From a bacterium (GTDB lineage Bacteria; Patescibacteriota; Dojkabacteria; SC72; WJKH01), in contig JAKPPS010000040.1 in assembly GCA_029547225.1 (NCBI GenBank), positions 42,796-106,795 on the forward strand: 64,000 nucleotides of DNA, written 5' to 3'. Positions 53,581-62,510 of this stretch are shown piece by piece (the first letter of the stretch is position 1; every line of letters begins with the position of its first letter). A program made the translations under genes and the position numbers. The notes below the pieces were generated by a model. The model did not search any database. It was not told the DNA's origin and was given only the letters and a program-made list of their open reading frames with translations.

Positions 53581-54600
53581 TTATTTCAAACTTTTTCTAT
53601 TTACTTTTTTTAAATTTTTTTCTAAAGATTTAATACTTTCAAGATATGCTTTCTCTACAGGTGACAGTGTTTTTACCTGATACTTTTTGTATTCACTTTC
53701 TGCCTTTTTCAATGCCTGATCATGACTTATACTCCCTGCAGTAAGCAATTTACCTTTGCCATATATTCCTACAAATTTTTCAAGCTCACTTAACCAATCT
53801 CTCATGCTCATCCTTTGTTGCTCTATTGCTTTCAACTCAGCTAAATCGAAAAATGCCGACACAAGTCGATTTAGCCTTTGCAGCTCATCAGAACTTAAGT
53901 AATTCTTAGCAACTTCAATCTCTTTTTTTATTGGAATTGGGCCAGAGAAAGTCGTTAATCCCATAAACTCTTTTTCTGCATCCGCTCTAGAATATATCAG
54001 TTCTGGAGCTGTTTGTTTATTAACTGCATAATGAAGTTTTTTCTGAACAGTCGCAAAGAATTTTCTCGACTCTTTACTATTTGGATCATAATCAACACTT
54101 GTTGCATAGAGATCAAGCACCTGTCTGTACAACACTTTTTCACTACTGCGGATATCACGAATTCTATCCAGTAACTCTTTCCAGTAATTCCCGCCTGCAT
54201 TTCCTTTCAACTTTTCATCATCTATTGTAAATCCTTTGATGATATACTCTGTTAACCTTTGTGTTGCCCACTTACGAAATTCTGTACCCCTAAGTGATTT
54301 TACTCTGTAACCAACTGATATTATTACGTCGAGGTTGTAGTATTCAAGATCACGAGTGACATCCCTACTACCTTCTTTTTGAACTTGGCGGAAATTCCGC
54401 CTGGTTGAATTTACTTCAAGTTCAGATTCTTTATATATATTTTGAATATGCTCACCAATAGTTCTTCGAGCTTTATCAAAGAGTAATGCCATCTGTTCTT
54501 GAGTCAACCAAACAGTTTCGTCTTCTAAAATTACATCAATAGTAATTTTTTCATCACTTGTTCTAAACAGTATGATCTCTGAATTGCTATTTTTATCCAT
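53581..54600 (-). CDS. rhuM: RhuM family protein
   Basis: ETVWLTQEQMALLF, YNLDVIISVGYRVKS, FRKWAT, IRDIRSSEK, VAKNYL. Confidence 0.93.
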   Translation of the reverse strand: MDKNSNSEIILFRTSDEKITIDVILEDETVWLTQEQMALLFDKARRTIGEHIQNIYKESELEVNSTRRNFRQVQKEGSRDVTRDLEYYNLDVIISVGYRVKSLRGTEFRKWATQRLTEYIIKGFTIDDEKLKGNAGGNYWKELLDRIRDIRSSEKVLYRQVLDLYATSVDYDPNSKESRKFFATVQKKLHYAVNKQTAPELIYSRADAEKEFMGLTTFSGPIPIKKEIEVAKNYLSSDELQRLNRLVSAFFDLAELKAIEQQRMSMRDWLSELEKFVGIYGKGKLLTAGSISHDQALKKAESEYKKYQVKTLSPVEKAYLESIKSLEKNLKKVNRKSLK

Positions 54601-54649
54601 AATAATAATTATATATAAGAATTATTAATAATTTCTTAAATTCTGATTA

Positions 54650-55020
54650 CTTAATTACTTTCCAATTATCTAAATGTAATGCTTCGCATTGTGTCTTCTC
54701 ACTAAATCGCAAGTAGTTTTCAATCGGAAATGATATGGCTCATTCGTCTTGAAAAAAAATCATCTCAGTATCCAGATTGCCTAAGTAAAATATACTATCA
54801 CGATATATTATATTTACTCGATATCTTTACAATATACGACTTCAAGAATCATTTTATTATCTAACAACTCCTCAAGCTTGTGAACAGGCTGTATTAAGAA
54901 TTTATCAGCATCTTCCCTATGTAAAACAAAAGTAAAAAAAGATTAAATTTTTTATATCTTTCCGACGATACTTTGCAAATATCTGATTATATTCAGTTAG
55001 AGTACTTAAGATATTAATTG
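54650..55020 (-). pseudogene. Possible decayed coding remnant upstream of rhuM
   Basis: Protein-like fragments in shifting frames (FVLHREDADKFLIQPVHKLEELLDNK.., YRDSIFYLGNLDTE..); no family recognised. Confidence 0.25.
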
Positions 55021-55035
55021 TACTCTAAACAGATT

Positions 55036-56283
55036 TTATGAATTCGCTTTTTTTAACTGTTCTTGCTTGACACTCAATATACTTCCCAAGACTACAAGCA
55101 AAATGATCACATAATATGTTATACCTGCAAATGGTAGCAACATTATTATTGAACTAAATAACTGACCGGCTAATAATGATATTACCAAGCTTTTGTTTGC
55201 TATTGATGGTTTGTTCAATGCTTTACTAGTTAATCCTAATAAGACTTGTCCTATTGCGATATTAAAGAATATTAGATTTACACTTATAACTAGAATCGCA
55301 ATTATGAAAGCTACATTTAATATTGGTGCGAATAATTGACCAATTGGGAAATTTATAATCAAGCCTAAAAATGATAATCCAATTAATATTGTTGATCCAA
55401 ACACACACACTGCCATCACCAATACGCCTTTTCCTAAAGATAAACCGAAATTATCCCAGCTTCCGTTAATATTCTTTACTATCGAATACGTTTTAACAGG
55501 GAAAAATTTGATTATCAAGTAGCCCAATGCAAAAGTACCTACGAATTTGAATACAAACGATGCAATTGCTATCATTATATTCTCAAAAGAATATTTATTA
55601 GCTATTGTTATTTGCTCTTCATTTTGTTCTGAGGAGATTTCCTCGCGTAAGAAAGCAAACCTACTGTCAAGTAGTTCACCTTTTGTATCAGTGCCAAGAT
55701 TTATTATTTTTGTTCCTGTAATTTTTTCCTGATTAATACTTCCAAATTGTGCACCCAATAATAGGTCTCCACCTATCTCCGAATCGATGCTTACTGTATT
55801 TGATGCAATCCGCAAATCTTCACCAATAATACCAGCTATCTCAGAATCATATGTAGCAACAAATGCGCTCTCTTCAACCTCAGCTTTTGATATTGCTCTC
55901 TGACCAGCTATAAAAATGTCTCTACCTACAGTACCATCAATATTTATTATATTTCCAGCACAATAAATAGACTTATCTGTATTTCCAGTAAATGTAATTG
56001 TATTCCCGAAAATTATTACGTTGCCTGATATCTCTCCTGTTACATTGACCGTATTCCCGAATATTATCAAATCTCCATTAATTCTTCCATCAACATTTAC
56101 ATTTTCTCCTGAATTTTCTGAAGGTATTATATATACATCATCATTGACGATTTCATCAGCAGATACTGTTGTATTGTCTCTACGCAATTCTAGTGCATAC
56201 GAATTTGTTGGGTTTGATAGGGATAATACTGATAACATTGACAAGGCAATTATTGATATACCTAGTATCTCTTTTATTTTCAT
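55036..56283 (-). CDS. Membrane protein with bactofilin/polymer-forming-like beta-repeat N-terminal domain
   Basis: Signal peptide; repeats such as VDGRINGDLIIFGNTVNVTGEISGNVIIFG; about 5 C-terminal TM. Confidence 0.75.
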   Translation of the reverse strand: MKIKEILGISIIALSMLSVLSLSNPTNSYALELRRDNTTVSADEIVNDDVYIIPSENSGENVNVDGRINGDLIIFGNTVNVTGEISGNVIIFGNTITFTGNTDKSIYCAGNIINIDGTVGRDIFIAGQRAISKAEVEESAFVATYDSEIAGIIGEDLRIASNTVSIDSEIGGDLLLGAQFGSINQEKITGTKIINLGTDTKGELLDSRFAFLREEISSEQNEEQITIANKYSFENIMIAIASFVFKFVGTFALGYLIIKFFPVKTYSIVKNINGSWDNFGLSLGKGVLVMAVCVFGSTILIGLSFLGLIINFPIGQLFAPILNVAFIIAILVISVNLIFFNIAIGQVLLGLTSKALNKPSIANKSLVISLLAGQLFSSIIMLLPFAGITYYVIILLVVLGSILSVKQEQLKKANS

Positions 56284-56485
56284 TTATATAAATAAATAAC
56301 TTAATAATAAAAATATATCATAATTTCATAACCGAATGCAATTTAAGAGGATATTATTAAGGTCTTTTATAGCAAAAATAGTACTTCCATCATTACGAAA
56401 ATATCAATTCTCTTCTTTCGCTTAAAAATCTATATCGTATAGAGTTATCTAGCTGAATGTTCTCCACAAAGAATCACACTACTCT

Positions 56486-57931
56486 CTATTTCTTGCCGAA
56501 GAAATCTATTGCAACCCGTAATTCTGGATGAGTTTTCGAATACTCCTCTATTGATACTTTTTGTTGCCATGCTTCACATGCTTGTACCAAAGCTTTTGCT
56601 CCGCTTCGAGTACCCTGTGGATGACTATGAACTCCAGCCCCCATTGTTGTTATAAAGTCAACATCCTGCATAGCATCTATAAATGGTGCGAGCAAAACCG
56701 GATTTAAACCTCCTGAGATTATTGGACATGTTTTCTTCATTTTTCTCCAATCCTGAATAAAGTGCTTTGATCTTACTGAATCGAGAAGATGGTAATTAAC
56801 TTTGTTTTGAGCTTTTTTCTCTTTTTCGATCCAATCCTTATCGATGAAACGATTTACAAAAAGTTCACGACTCACATCATCATCCTTCTCATTTACTTTA
56901 TACCAACTTTGCTCAAAAAAATGTCCGTCACTTTCAATATCAAGTGCCAATTTCGCAGCAACAATATCTTCACCTACAGATCCAGACATTTTACCTATGC
57001 CTGCTGTTCCAGTATGGATACCAGATGCGCCAGCTAATCGAGCTAGTTTTGTCAAAACAGGAACTGTCATACCGAATGGATTTTCAAGCCTTGTAAATGC
57101 ACCATGTCCTGCTCTATGAAAATGTAAAAATACTTCTGGGTATCTTCTACGAATTGTTTGAACAGCTGTCCAGCCAGCAGTTATGCCATCGACCAAAAAA
57201 GCATAACTTCCCGGTTTCATCGTTTTCTTAACTAACTCAGCTCTCTCAATCATTTGATCGAAATCTGCCGCAGAAACATTAAAAGAATGAACCTTTGTCT
57301 GTCCAGTTACTTTTTCTGCTTCATCCATAGCTTGTCTTACATACTTGACCATAGATTCATAATCGCAGAAATCCTGATTTGCTTGAGGTTCATCATTCTT
57401 CACAAAAGCACCTCCACCCGACCAAAAGTCAAAGCATACTTCAGCATACTCAGATGATGTTAATCCAATTTTTGGTTTAATAATAGTACCTAAAATTGGG
57501 ATATCATATAAATCCAAATATTGACGCATATTATCGATAGTGTATGAAGGACCGTCATATTGATCTAGCATAGAAGATGGAAACCAAACATCAAGAAGTT
57601 TACATGCTGAAAGATTCCCCATACCCAAAATATTTCCATTGATGTAGGTTATGATGTTTTGTACATTTCCTCCTCTATCAAATATTCTCCAAGGGAATGC
57701 AATCCATACTAGTTTTTTCTCTCGATCAATATTATAAACTATTGCATTTAATGAGTCAGAGAATCTTGTAGATGTACCAATATTTATATTTGATCCTGTA
57801 GAAGATTCTGCAGCTATCTCAGATGCGGCATCAAGCAGCTCATCACGATAAGTATCTACATGAAAGACAGCCAACATATATTGGTCATTAAATACTTCAT
57901 TTGTACCGAGTTTGATATATTTAGTTTGCAT
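56486..57931 (-). CDS. RuBisCO large subunit, form II/III-like
   Basis: AAESSTG, GTIIKPKIGL, FVKNDEPQ, HFHRAGHG, IHTGT..GKM, PIISGGL, GAGVHSHP; insertion between FFEQSW and WRKMKK. Confidence 0.92.
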   Translation of the reverse strand: MQTKYIKLGTNEVFNDQYMLAVFHVDTYRDELLDAASEIAAESSTGSNINIGTSTRFSDSLNAIVYNIDREKKLVWIAFPWRIFDRGGNVQNIITYINGNILGMGNLSACKLLDVWFPSSMLDQYDGPSYTIDNMRQYLDLYDIPILGTIIKPKIGLTSSEYAEVCFDFWSGGGAFVKNDEPQANQDFCDYESMVKYVRQAMDEAEKVTGQTKVHSFNVSAADFDQMIERAELVKKTMKPGSYAFLVDGITAGWTAVQTIRRRYPEVFLHFHRAGHGAFTRLENPFGMTVPVLTKLARLAGASGIHTGTAGIGKMSGSVGEDIVAAKLALDIESDGHFFEQSWYKVNEKDDDVSRELFVNRFIDKDWIEKEKKAQNKVNYHLLDSVRSKHFIQDWRKMKKTCPIISGGLNPVLLAPFIDAMQDVDFITTMGAGVHSHPQGTRSGAKALVQACEAWQQKVSIEEYSKTHPELRVAIDFFGKK

Positions 57932-58022
57932 AATAGGCAGTTGTTCAATTTATTATTTGATAATATCATTTTAGAATAAATTTTTCTACTCTGAAATTTC
58001 AGTGATTTATTTCATATCCTCA

Positions 58023-58046
58023 ATATGTACCATATATGGTACATAT
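58023..58046. promoter_or_regulatory. Perfect 24-bp palindrome between divergent genes; possible operator
   Basis: ATATGTACCATA|TATGGTACATAT. Confidence 0.6.
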
Positions 58047-58065
58047 AAGCTTATGAATAAAACTA

Positions 58066-58074
58066 TGATATAAT
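58066..58074 (+). promoter_or_regulatory. Extended -10 promoter (TGATATAAT)
   Basis: 22 nt upstream of the 58097 start. Confidence 0.55.
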
Positions 58075-58096
58075 TTCTAAATTTTATCTGATAAAA

Positions 58097-59713
58097 ATGA
58101 AAATGAAGAAATTTGCATTAATACTTTTAATTATTTTTTCAACGTTAGCACTTGGAGCTGTTATTGCATACTTTTTTTTCTCAAACAATTATCGAAATAC
58201 AAAGAGCATCACAGTAGATTTTGGTCAAAACGCTTGTATAGAAGAAGATTATTTTTTACCAAATTTATTAAATTTTGTCGAAGCAAGACAGATTCCAGCT
58301 TATGATAATTCAGAGATATCTGAAGAAAATGCCAATGAAACTCAGAATGGCGAAAATGAAAATATCAATAACGATAATATTGTGTGGAAGATAGATAGAG
58401 AGAATTTTGGATTTAAAAATAGCAAAATATGTTTTTCCCCTAATAGCAAGCTAAAACCTGAGACACAATATTATCTGAAGTACCAATGGCTATTTCAAGA
58501 TTTTGAAATAATTATCAATGTAAAAGATATTGAGCATATTATTAACTACGATTCATTTGAGGACTCAAATGGAGAAAGTCTCACTTTTCGTTCAGACACA
58601 GAAAATATGGATTACGAAAGTACCATCCTTATCAACAATGAAAAAATTACTAATCAATGCACCCAACAAAATGAGATTACAGAATGTAAGATAAAAAGTG
58701 AAGAAGTAAAAAATTTGCTTAGGTCATATTCATCAGAAGAAAACACCACAATAAAAATTGAAATAAGAGGTACATACAAAGAGGAAATCGAAATAGAAAT
58801 TCTATCAGGTTTGGCAAGATATCAAGGAGAAAAATACTTAGGCTTTATAGATTTTAACAATGGATATGGCGTTGATAAAAGTGGCCAAGCCATGATACTT
58901 GGCTATACAGAAAAGAATGTCCCAATCCATGGATATATAATTAACAGAAGCATCTGCGAAAATATTATCAACAATGGCGGTTCAGATAGTAAAAATAATC
59001 TTGCTGATTCAAAAGAAAATTTTGATGAGAGCATTAATAATACTTTTTTTTACTTTGGTGCAATCCATGGAAACGAAGCAAATACGGCTCATCTAGTTGA
59101 TAAATGGAAGAGTGATTTAATACAGCATTGCAACTCAATTCCGCAAAATACAAATATAATTATTTTGCCTTCTATAAATCCAGATGGTGTTGCAATTAAT
59201 AACAGATTTAATAGCAATTCAGTCGATCTCAATCGTAACTTCGATACGAAGGATTGGCAACAGATTACTTACTTAACAGATGGTAAAACATTTCTAAACG
59301 GCGGAGGTAACCATCCTTTTTCTGAAAAGGAAACACAATTAATTCGAGATATTATCTTGCTTACTAGACCAGAATTAACTATATCTTTTCATTCATGGGG
59401 AAGAGTTATTGTGCCAGCAGATATAAATAATTCTTACACATACGCCAATTATTACTCTGATTATTCGGGCTACTATGTCGAGGATATCACTGCAAGTGCT
59501 GAGGACAGTTCATTTAATTATGTTACAACAGGATCATTTAATGTGTGGATGGCAAGCAATAAATTATCTGCGCTAACTATAGAACTTTGGGATTTAGAAA
59601 ATGATGACTGGGGTCGAAACCGACTTGCTTTATGGGATACGATTTCTGATATTAACAAACTTTCTTTTCTAAATGACGATATAAAGAAGCATCAAGATAA
59701 AAACGCACAATAA
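58097..59713 (+). CDS. Membrane-anchored M14 zinc carboxypeptidase (MpaA-like peptidoglycan peptidase domain)
   Basis: GAIHGNE, INPDG, RFNSNSVDLNRNF, FSEKET, ISFHS, TIEL. Confidence 0.88.
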   Translation: MKMKKFALILLIIFSTLALGAVIAYFFFSNNYRNTKSITVDFGQNACIEEDYFLPNLLNFVEARQIPAYDNSEISEENANETQNGENENINNDNIVWKIDRENFGFKNSKICFSPNSKLKPETQYYLKYQWLFQDFEIIINVKDIEHIINYDSFEDSNGESLTFRSDTENMDYESTILINNEKITNQCTQQNEITECKIKSEEVKNLLRSYSSEENTTIKIEIRGTYKEEIEIEILSGLARYQGEKYLGFIDFNNGYGVDKSGQAMILGYTEKNVPIHGYIINRSICENIINNGGSDSKNNLADSKENFDESINNTFFYFGAIHGNEANTAHLVDKWKSDLIQHCNSIPQNTNIIILPSINPDGVAINNRFNSNSVDLNRNFDTKDWQQITYLTDGKTFLNGGGNHPFSEKETQLIRDIILLTRPELTISFHSWGRVIVPADINNSYTYANYYSDYSGYYVEDITASAEDSSFNYVTTGSFNVWMASNKLSALTIELWDLENDDWGRNRLALWDTISDINKLSFLNDDIKKHQDKNAQ

Positions 59714-59763
59714 GAAGCGTGAATACACTTGTATATCTTTTAGAAATTAAAATAGGTAGCAGG

Positions 59764-59961
59764 TTATTCTAGACAGCAATCGACTTTATCCTTTACCCAT
59801 TTTCCTAGGCTTCCCCAGAAGTTAGAGCTTTTTGAAGCACTATCATTGTCTTCAGAGCCACTATCCGTATTTTTTATATTTCTAACTTCAGTCAGTTTAC
59901 TCTTTTCAACTGTATTTACAGTGATTTTTGATTGTTTCTTCTTTGAGTTTTTCTTTTCCAT
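59764..59961 (-). CDS. 65-aa ORF ending in DCCLE; likely the C-terminal part of the upstream gene
   Basis: Same frame as 59980-60435, separated by one TAA and 6 sense codons. Confidence 0.55.
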   Translation of the reverse strand: MEKKNSKKKQSKITVNTVEKSKLTEVRNIKNTDSGSEDNDSASKSSNFWGSLGKWVKDKVDCCLE

Positions 59962-59979
59962 TATTATGAAAGCAAAATC

Positions 59980-60435
59980 TTAACTTTCTAAATCTTCCTT
60001 TACTCCTTCTGAATCAATAAGGCCCATATTTAGTCCCCAAAATAATGAATACAATCCATATGCCTTAGCAAAACAGTCCTCAGCTTCTTTTGTTTCGCCC
60101 TGTGCAAGCTTTTTTGTACCGTATTCCATAAGTCGATAACTGGATCCCAATAAATGCTTAGAAATACACCATACTTCTCCTTGATATTCTGGGATTATTT
60201 TCAACATAAGCTCTTTCCTCATTTTTCTTATTTCATCAAGGATTGTGTAATACTTTGATTCACCTGTTTTTGCACCACTAAAAAACAAATGCTCCTCAAT
60301 ATTGATTAGATTCATAATCGCTACAGTTAAATCTTCGTCTGAAGACAGATCAAGCTTATTATCCTTTTTTAATGTGTCATATTTCTCTACAAGTTTATTT
60401 ACTTTATCTATTTCTAACTTGCTTACTTTTGCCAT
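59980..60435 (-). CDS. Conserved hypothetical helical protein with His/Cys motifs
   Basis: DLSSDEDLTVAIMNLINIEEH, VWCISKHLL, YSLFWGLN. Confidence 0.75.
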   Translation of the reverse strand: MAKVSKLEIDKVNKLVEKYDTLKKDNKLDLSSDEDLTVAIMNLINIEEHLFFSGAKTGESKYYTILDEIRKMRKELMLKIIPEYQGEVWCISKHLLGSSYRLMEYGTKKLAQGETKEAEDCFAKAYGLYSLFWGLNMGLIDSEGVKEDLES

Positions 60436-60580
60436 TATTTTGTAGTTAATATTTTAGTTTTAATAAATCTAATTATGCTTAGACTAATTAGTATTTTATC
60501 ATACTTGCTGAAAAATGTGAAAAACTATAACGTTTTATTAGTTAATAGTTTATGCTAGGAATATTTATCAAGGTTATCTA

Positions 60581-61360
60581 TCAATAATAAAGGATAAAAT
60601 AACCCGCAACTGTAAGCAACCATATTATACCAACCGGCACAATTACCCTTTGAAAAGGAAATCTCGCCTTACCACCATTATTTCTTTTAATCTGAGCATC
60701 AAGAAGATAACCAGAAACAAAGCCTAACATTCCAAATGCTGGTCCGATCAATAATTTATCAATACCCCATAAAACATGATCGAAATGGAAGTTGATGTAA
60801 TCTAATGAATATAGCGGATAAATAACAGAGCCTATTGTTATCAAAGCTATTAACACGAGTCTTAATTTTCCTAGCTTTTCTAACCAACCTTTTTTTGCGA
60901 ACCACTCTTCAGTAAGCATTGTGATGGCTACCAACATTGCGCCAAGCCACAAACCTGTAATCAAGTCATCAATACCAAGAAATTTTGCCAATCCCAATCC
61001 CGCGGCAACTCCACCTACACATACTGGACATATTGCATAGGCTGAGGTGGGAACAAATAATGTTGCTGCAGAAATAATTGTTGGTAAACTTATTAATGCT
61101 GAAATAATACTTAATGCTTTCTTTGATGATTTGTTCTTTTTTGAATCCTTTTTTCTATTAATATTACTCGATTTACTACTCCCATTATCATGACAATCTG
61201 TTTCCTTATCGTTTAATTCACTATCCAATTTGTCTGTCGTTTTATCATTATTCTTAGTCAATATCTTACCTATAGCAAAAAGCAAGATTAACAGTATAAA
61301 AATTACAACTATCAAAATCTCTGTATTCGTTTTTCCCTTAAGAAATATCTCTTCCATCAA
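60581..61360 (-). CDS. Membrane protein with CxxC motif
   Basis: AYAICPVCVGGVAAGLG..GIDDLITGLWLG..LWGIDKL..FPFQRV. Confidence 0.75.
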   Translation of the reverse strand: MMEEIFLKGKTNTEILIVVIFILLILLFAIGKILTKNNDKTTDKLDSELNDKETDCHDNGSSKSSNINRKKDSKKNKSSKKALSIISALISLPTIISAATLFVPTSAYAICPVCVGGVAAGLGLAKFLGIDDLITGLWLGAMLVAITMLTEEWFAKKGWLEKLGKLRLVLIALITIGSVIYPLYSLDYINFHFDHVLWGIDKLLIGPAFGMLGFVSGYLLDAQIKRNNGGKARFPFQRVIVPVGIIWLLTVAGYFILYY

Positions 61361-61672
61361 TTCATTGTTAACAATTTATTACTGATCTAGAATCAACATA
61401 CTTTTTTGTTAATCTAGTAATACTAATTATCTTTTTCAGCGGCCTCGGAATTTTTTTTATTCATTACGAGACTATCCTTTCAACGAATTCTTACCGAGTA
61501 AATTAAGTATAACATTTTTATTGAACTGAAATCAATTAATAAGATTAAATAATTAGCATACAAATTGTGATTACATTATTCTTTTCAAATTGAGGAATAT
61601 CTGATAGAATCCGAAGCAGAAGAGTTTGTTAAACAAATTCTAGGTCCAATCTAAATTATTAAATAAAATAAA

Positions 61673-62269
61673 GTGAAGCTATTTTCAAAATTATTTGCAA
61701 TATTTATTATATGTTTTTTGTTTATCTTTGCTACTTACTTAGTCATGAAAGAATACATGCATATTGATTTGGTAAAATTAATTATTGGTGATAGAAAAAC
61801 AAATACAAATCAGGTTGATGACAATTCAGAAGTCGAAGATGTTGATGTAAGTCGATCTTCATCATCGCAAGAGACAAAAATCACAGTATCTATGCCCGAT
61901 GGATGGGAGAAAAACGAAAGCTCAGTTCTTGAACATCAATATATGAAGGGTACTTCATCTTTCATGTTAAAATCTGAACCTTTTGAAGGTACTGATCTTT
62001 ATGATATCGTCGATCAGGCAAAAGAAATCTACAGCGATACTTTTGATAATGTAACCTACATCGGATCTACAAAAGATATTGAAATAAATGGGAATCCAGC
62101 AAAAACAATAGTATTCACAGCAGATATAGCAGGATTAGAAATGAAATACATGTATGCTTATACTATCATTAATGGTGAAGTCTATGTAGCAACATTTGGT
62201 GATCTTGCATCTACATTTGATTCACTTCAAAGTGATTACGATGCAATTCTTGCCAGTATAGAATACTAA
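61673..62269 (+). CDS. Membrane-anchored PsbP/DcrB-like fold protein
   Basis: N-terminal TM, MPDGW, INGNPA, VYVATF..F..ILASIEY. Confidence 0.6.
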   Translation: MKLFSKLFAIFIICFLFIFATYLVMKEYMHIDLVKLIIGDRKTNTNQVDDNSEVEDVDVSRSSSSQETKITVSMPDGWEKNESSVLEHQYMKGTSSFMLKSEPFEGTDLYDIVDQAKEIYSDTFDNVTYIGSTKDIEINGNPAKTIVFTADIAGLEMKYMYAYTIINGEVYVATFGDLASTFDSLQSDYDAILASIEY

Positions 62270-62475
62270 TTACAGTTAAGTGCTTACAAATTATCATTTA
62301 TTTGTAATAGTTTTTGATGATCTTCCCAATAACATCCAGCACAGAACTACCACATAAATTGAACACACAAAAGTACTCTTTGTATTTTGCCCATCAATAA
62401 GATATTTGTTAGCGTTTTTGCAATAGCTTATATTACCAACATAAACAGATATTTTCGCCGATAATAAGGGATAAC

Positions 62476-62504
62476 TTGACATTTTACTCACTTAAATATA
62501 CATT
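62476..62504 (+). promoter_or_regulatory. Sigma70 promoter TTGACA-N17-TACATT, probable leaderless start at 62511
   Basis: TTGACA at 62476-62481, TACATT at 62499-62504, ATG 6 nt later. Confidence 0.6.
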
Positions 62505-62510
62505 ATTCTA

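Noticed and set aside
633..57457. Many short antisense or alternate-frame ORFs in the track (e.g. 4014-4388, 12783-13004, 29883-30203, 56844-57119)
   Set aside because: They lie within well-supported genes on the other strand or frame and have no recognisable motifs
56486..57931. RuBisCO as evidence of a Calvin cycle, or as a form IV RuBisCO-like protein
   Set aside because: No prk or small subunit nearby, so no support for a Calvin cycle; the full set of active-site motifs argues against form IV
62294..62491. 65-aa minus-strand ORF
   Set aside because: No motifs; overlaps the promoter of the collagen-like gene; probably spurious
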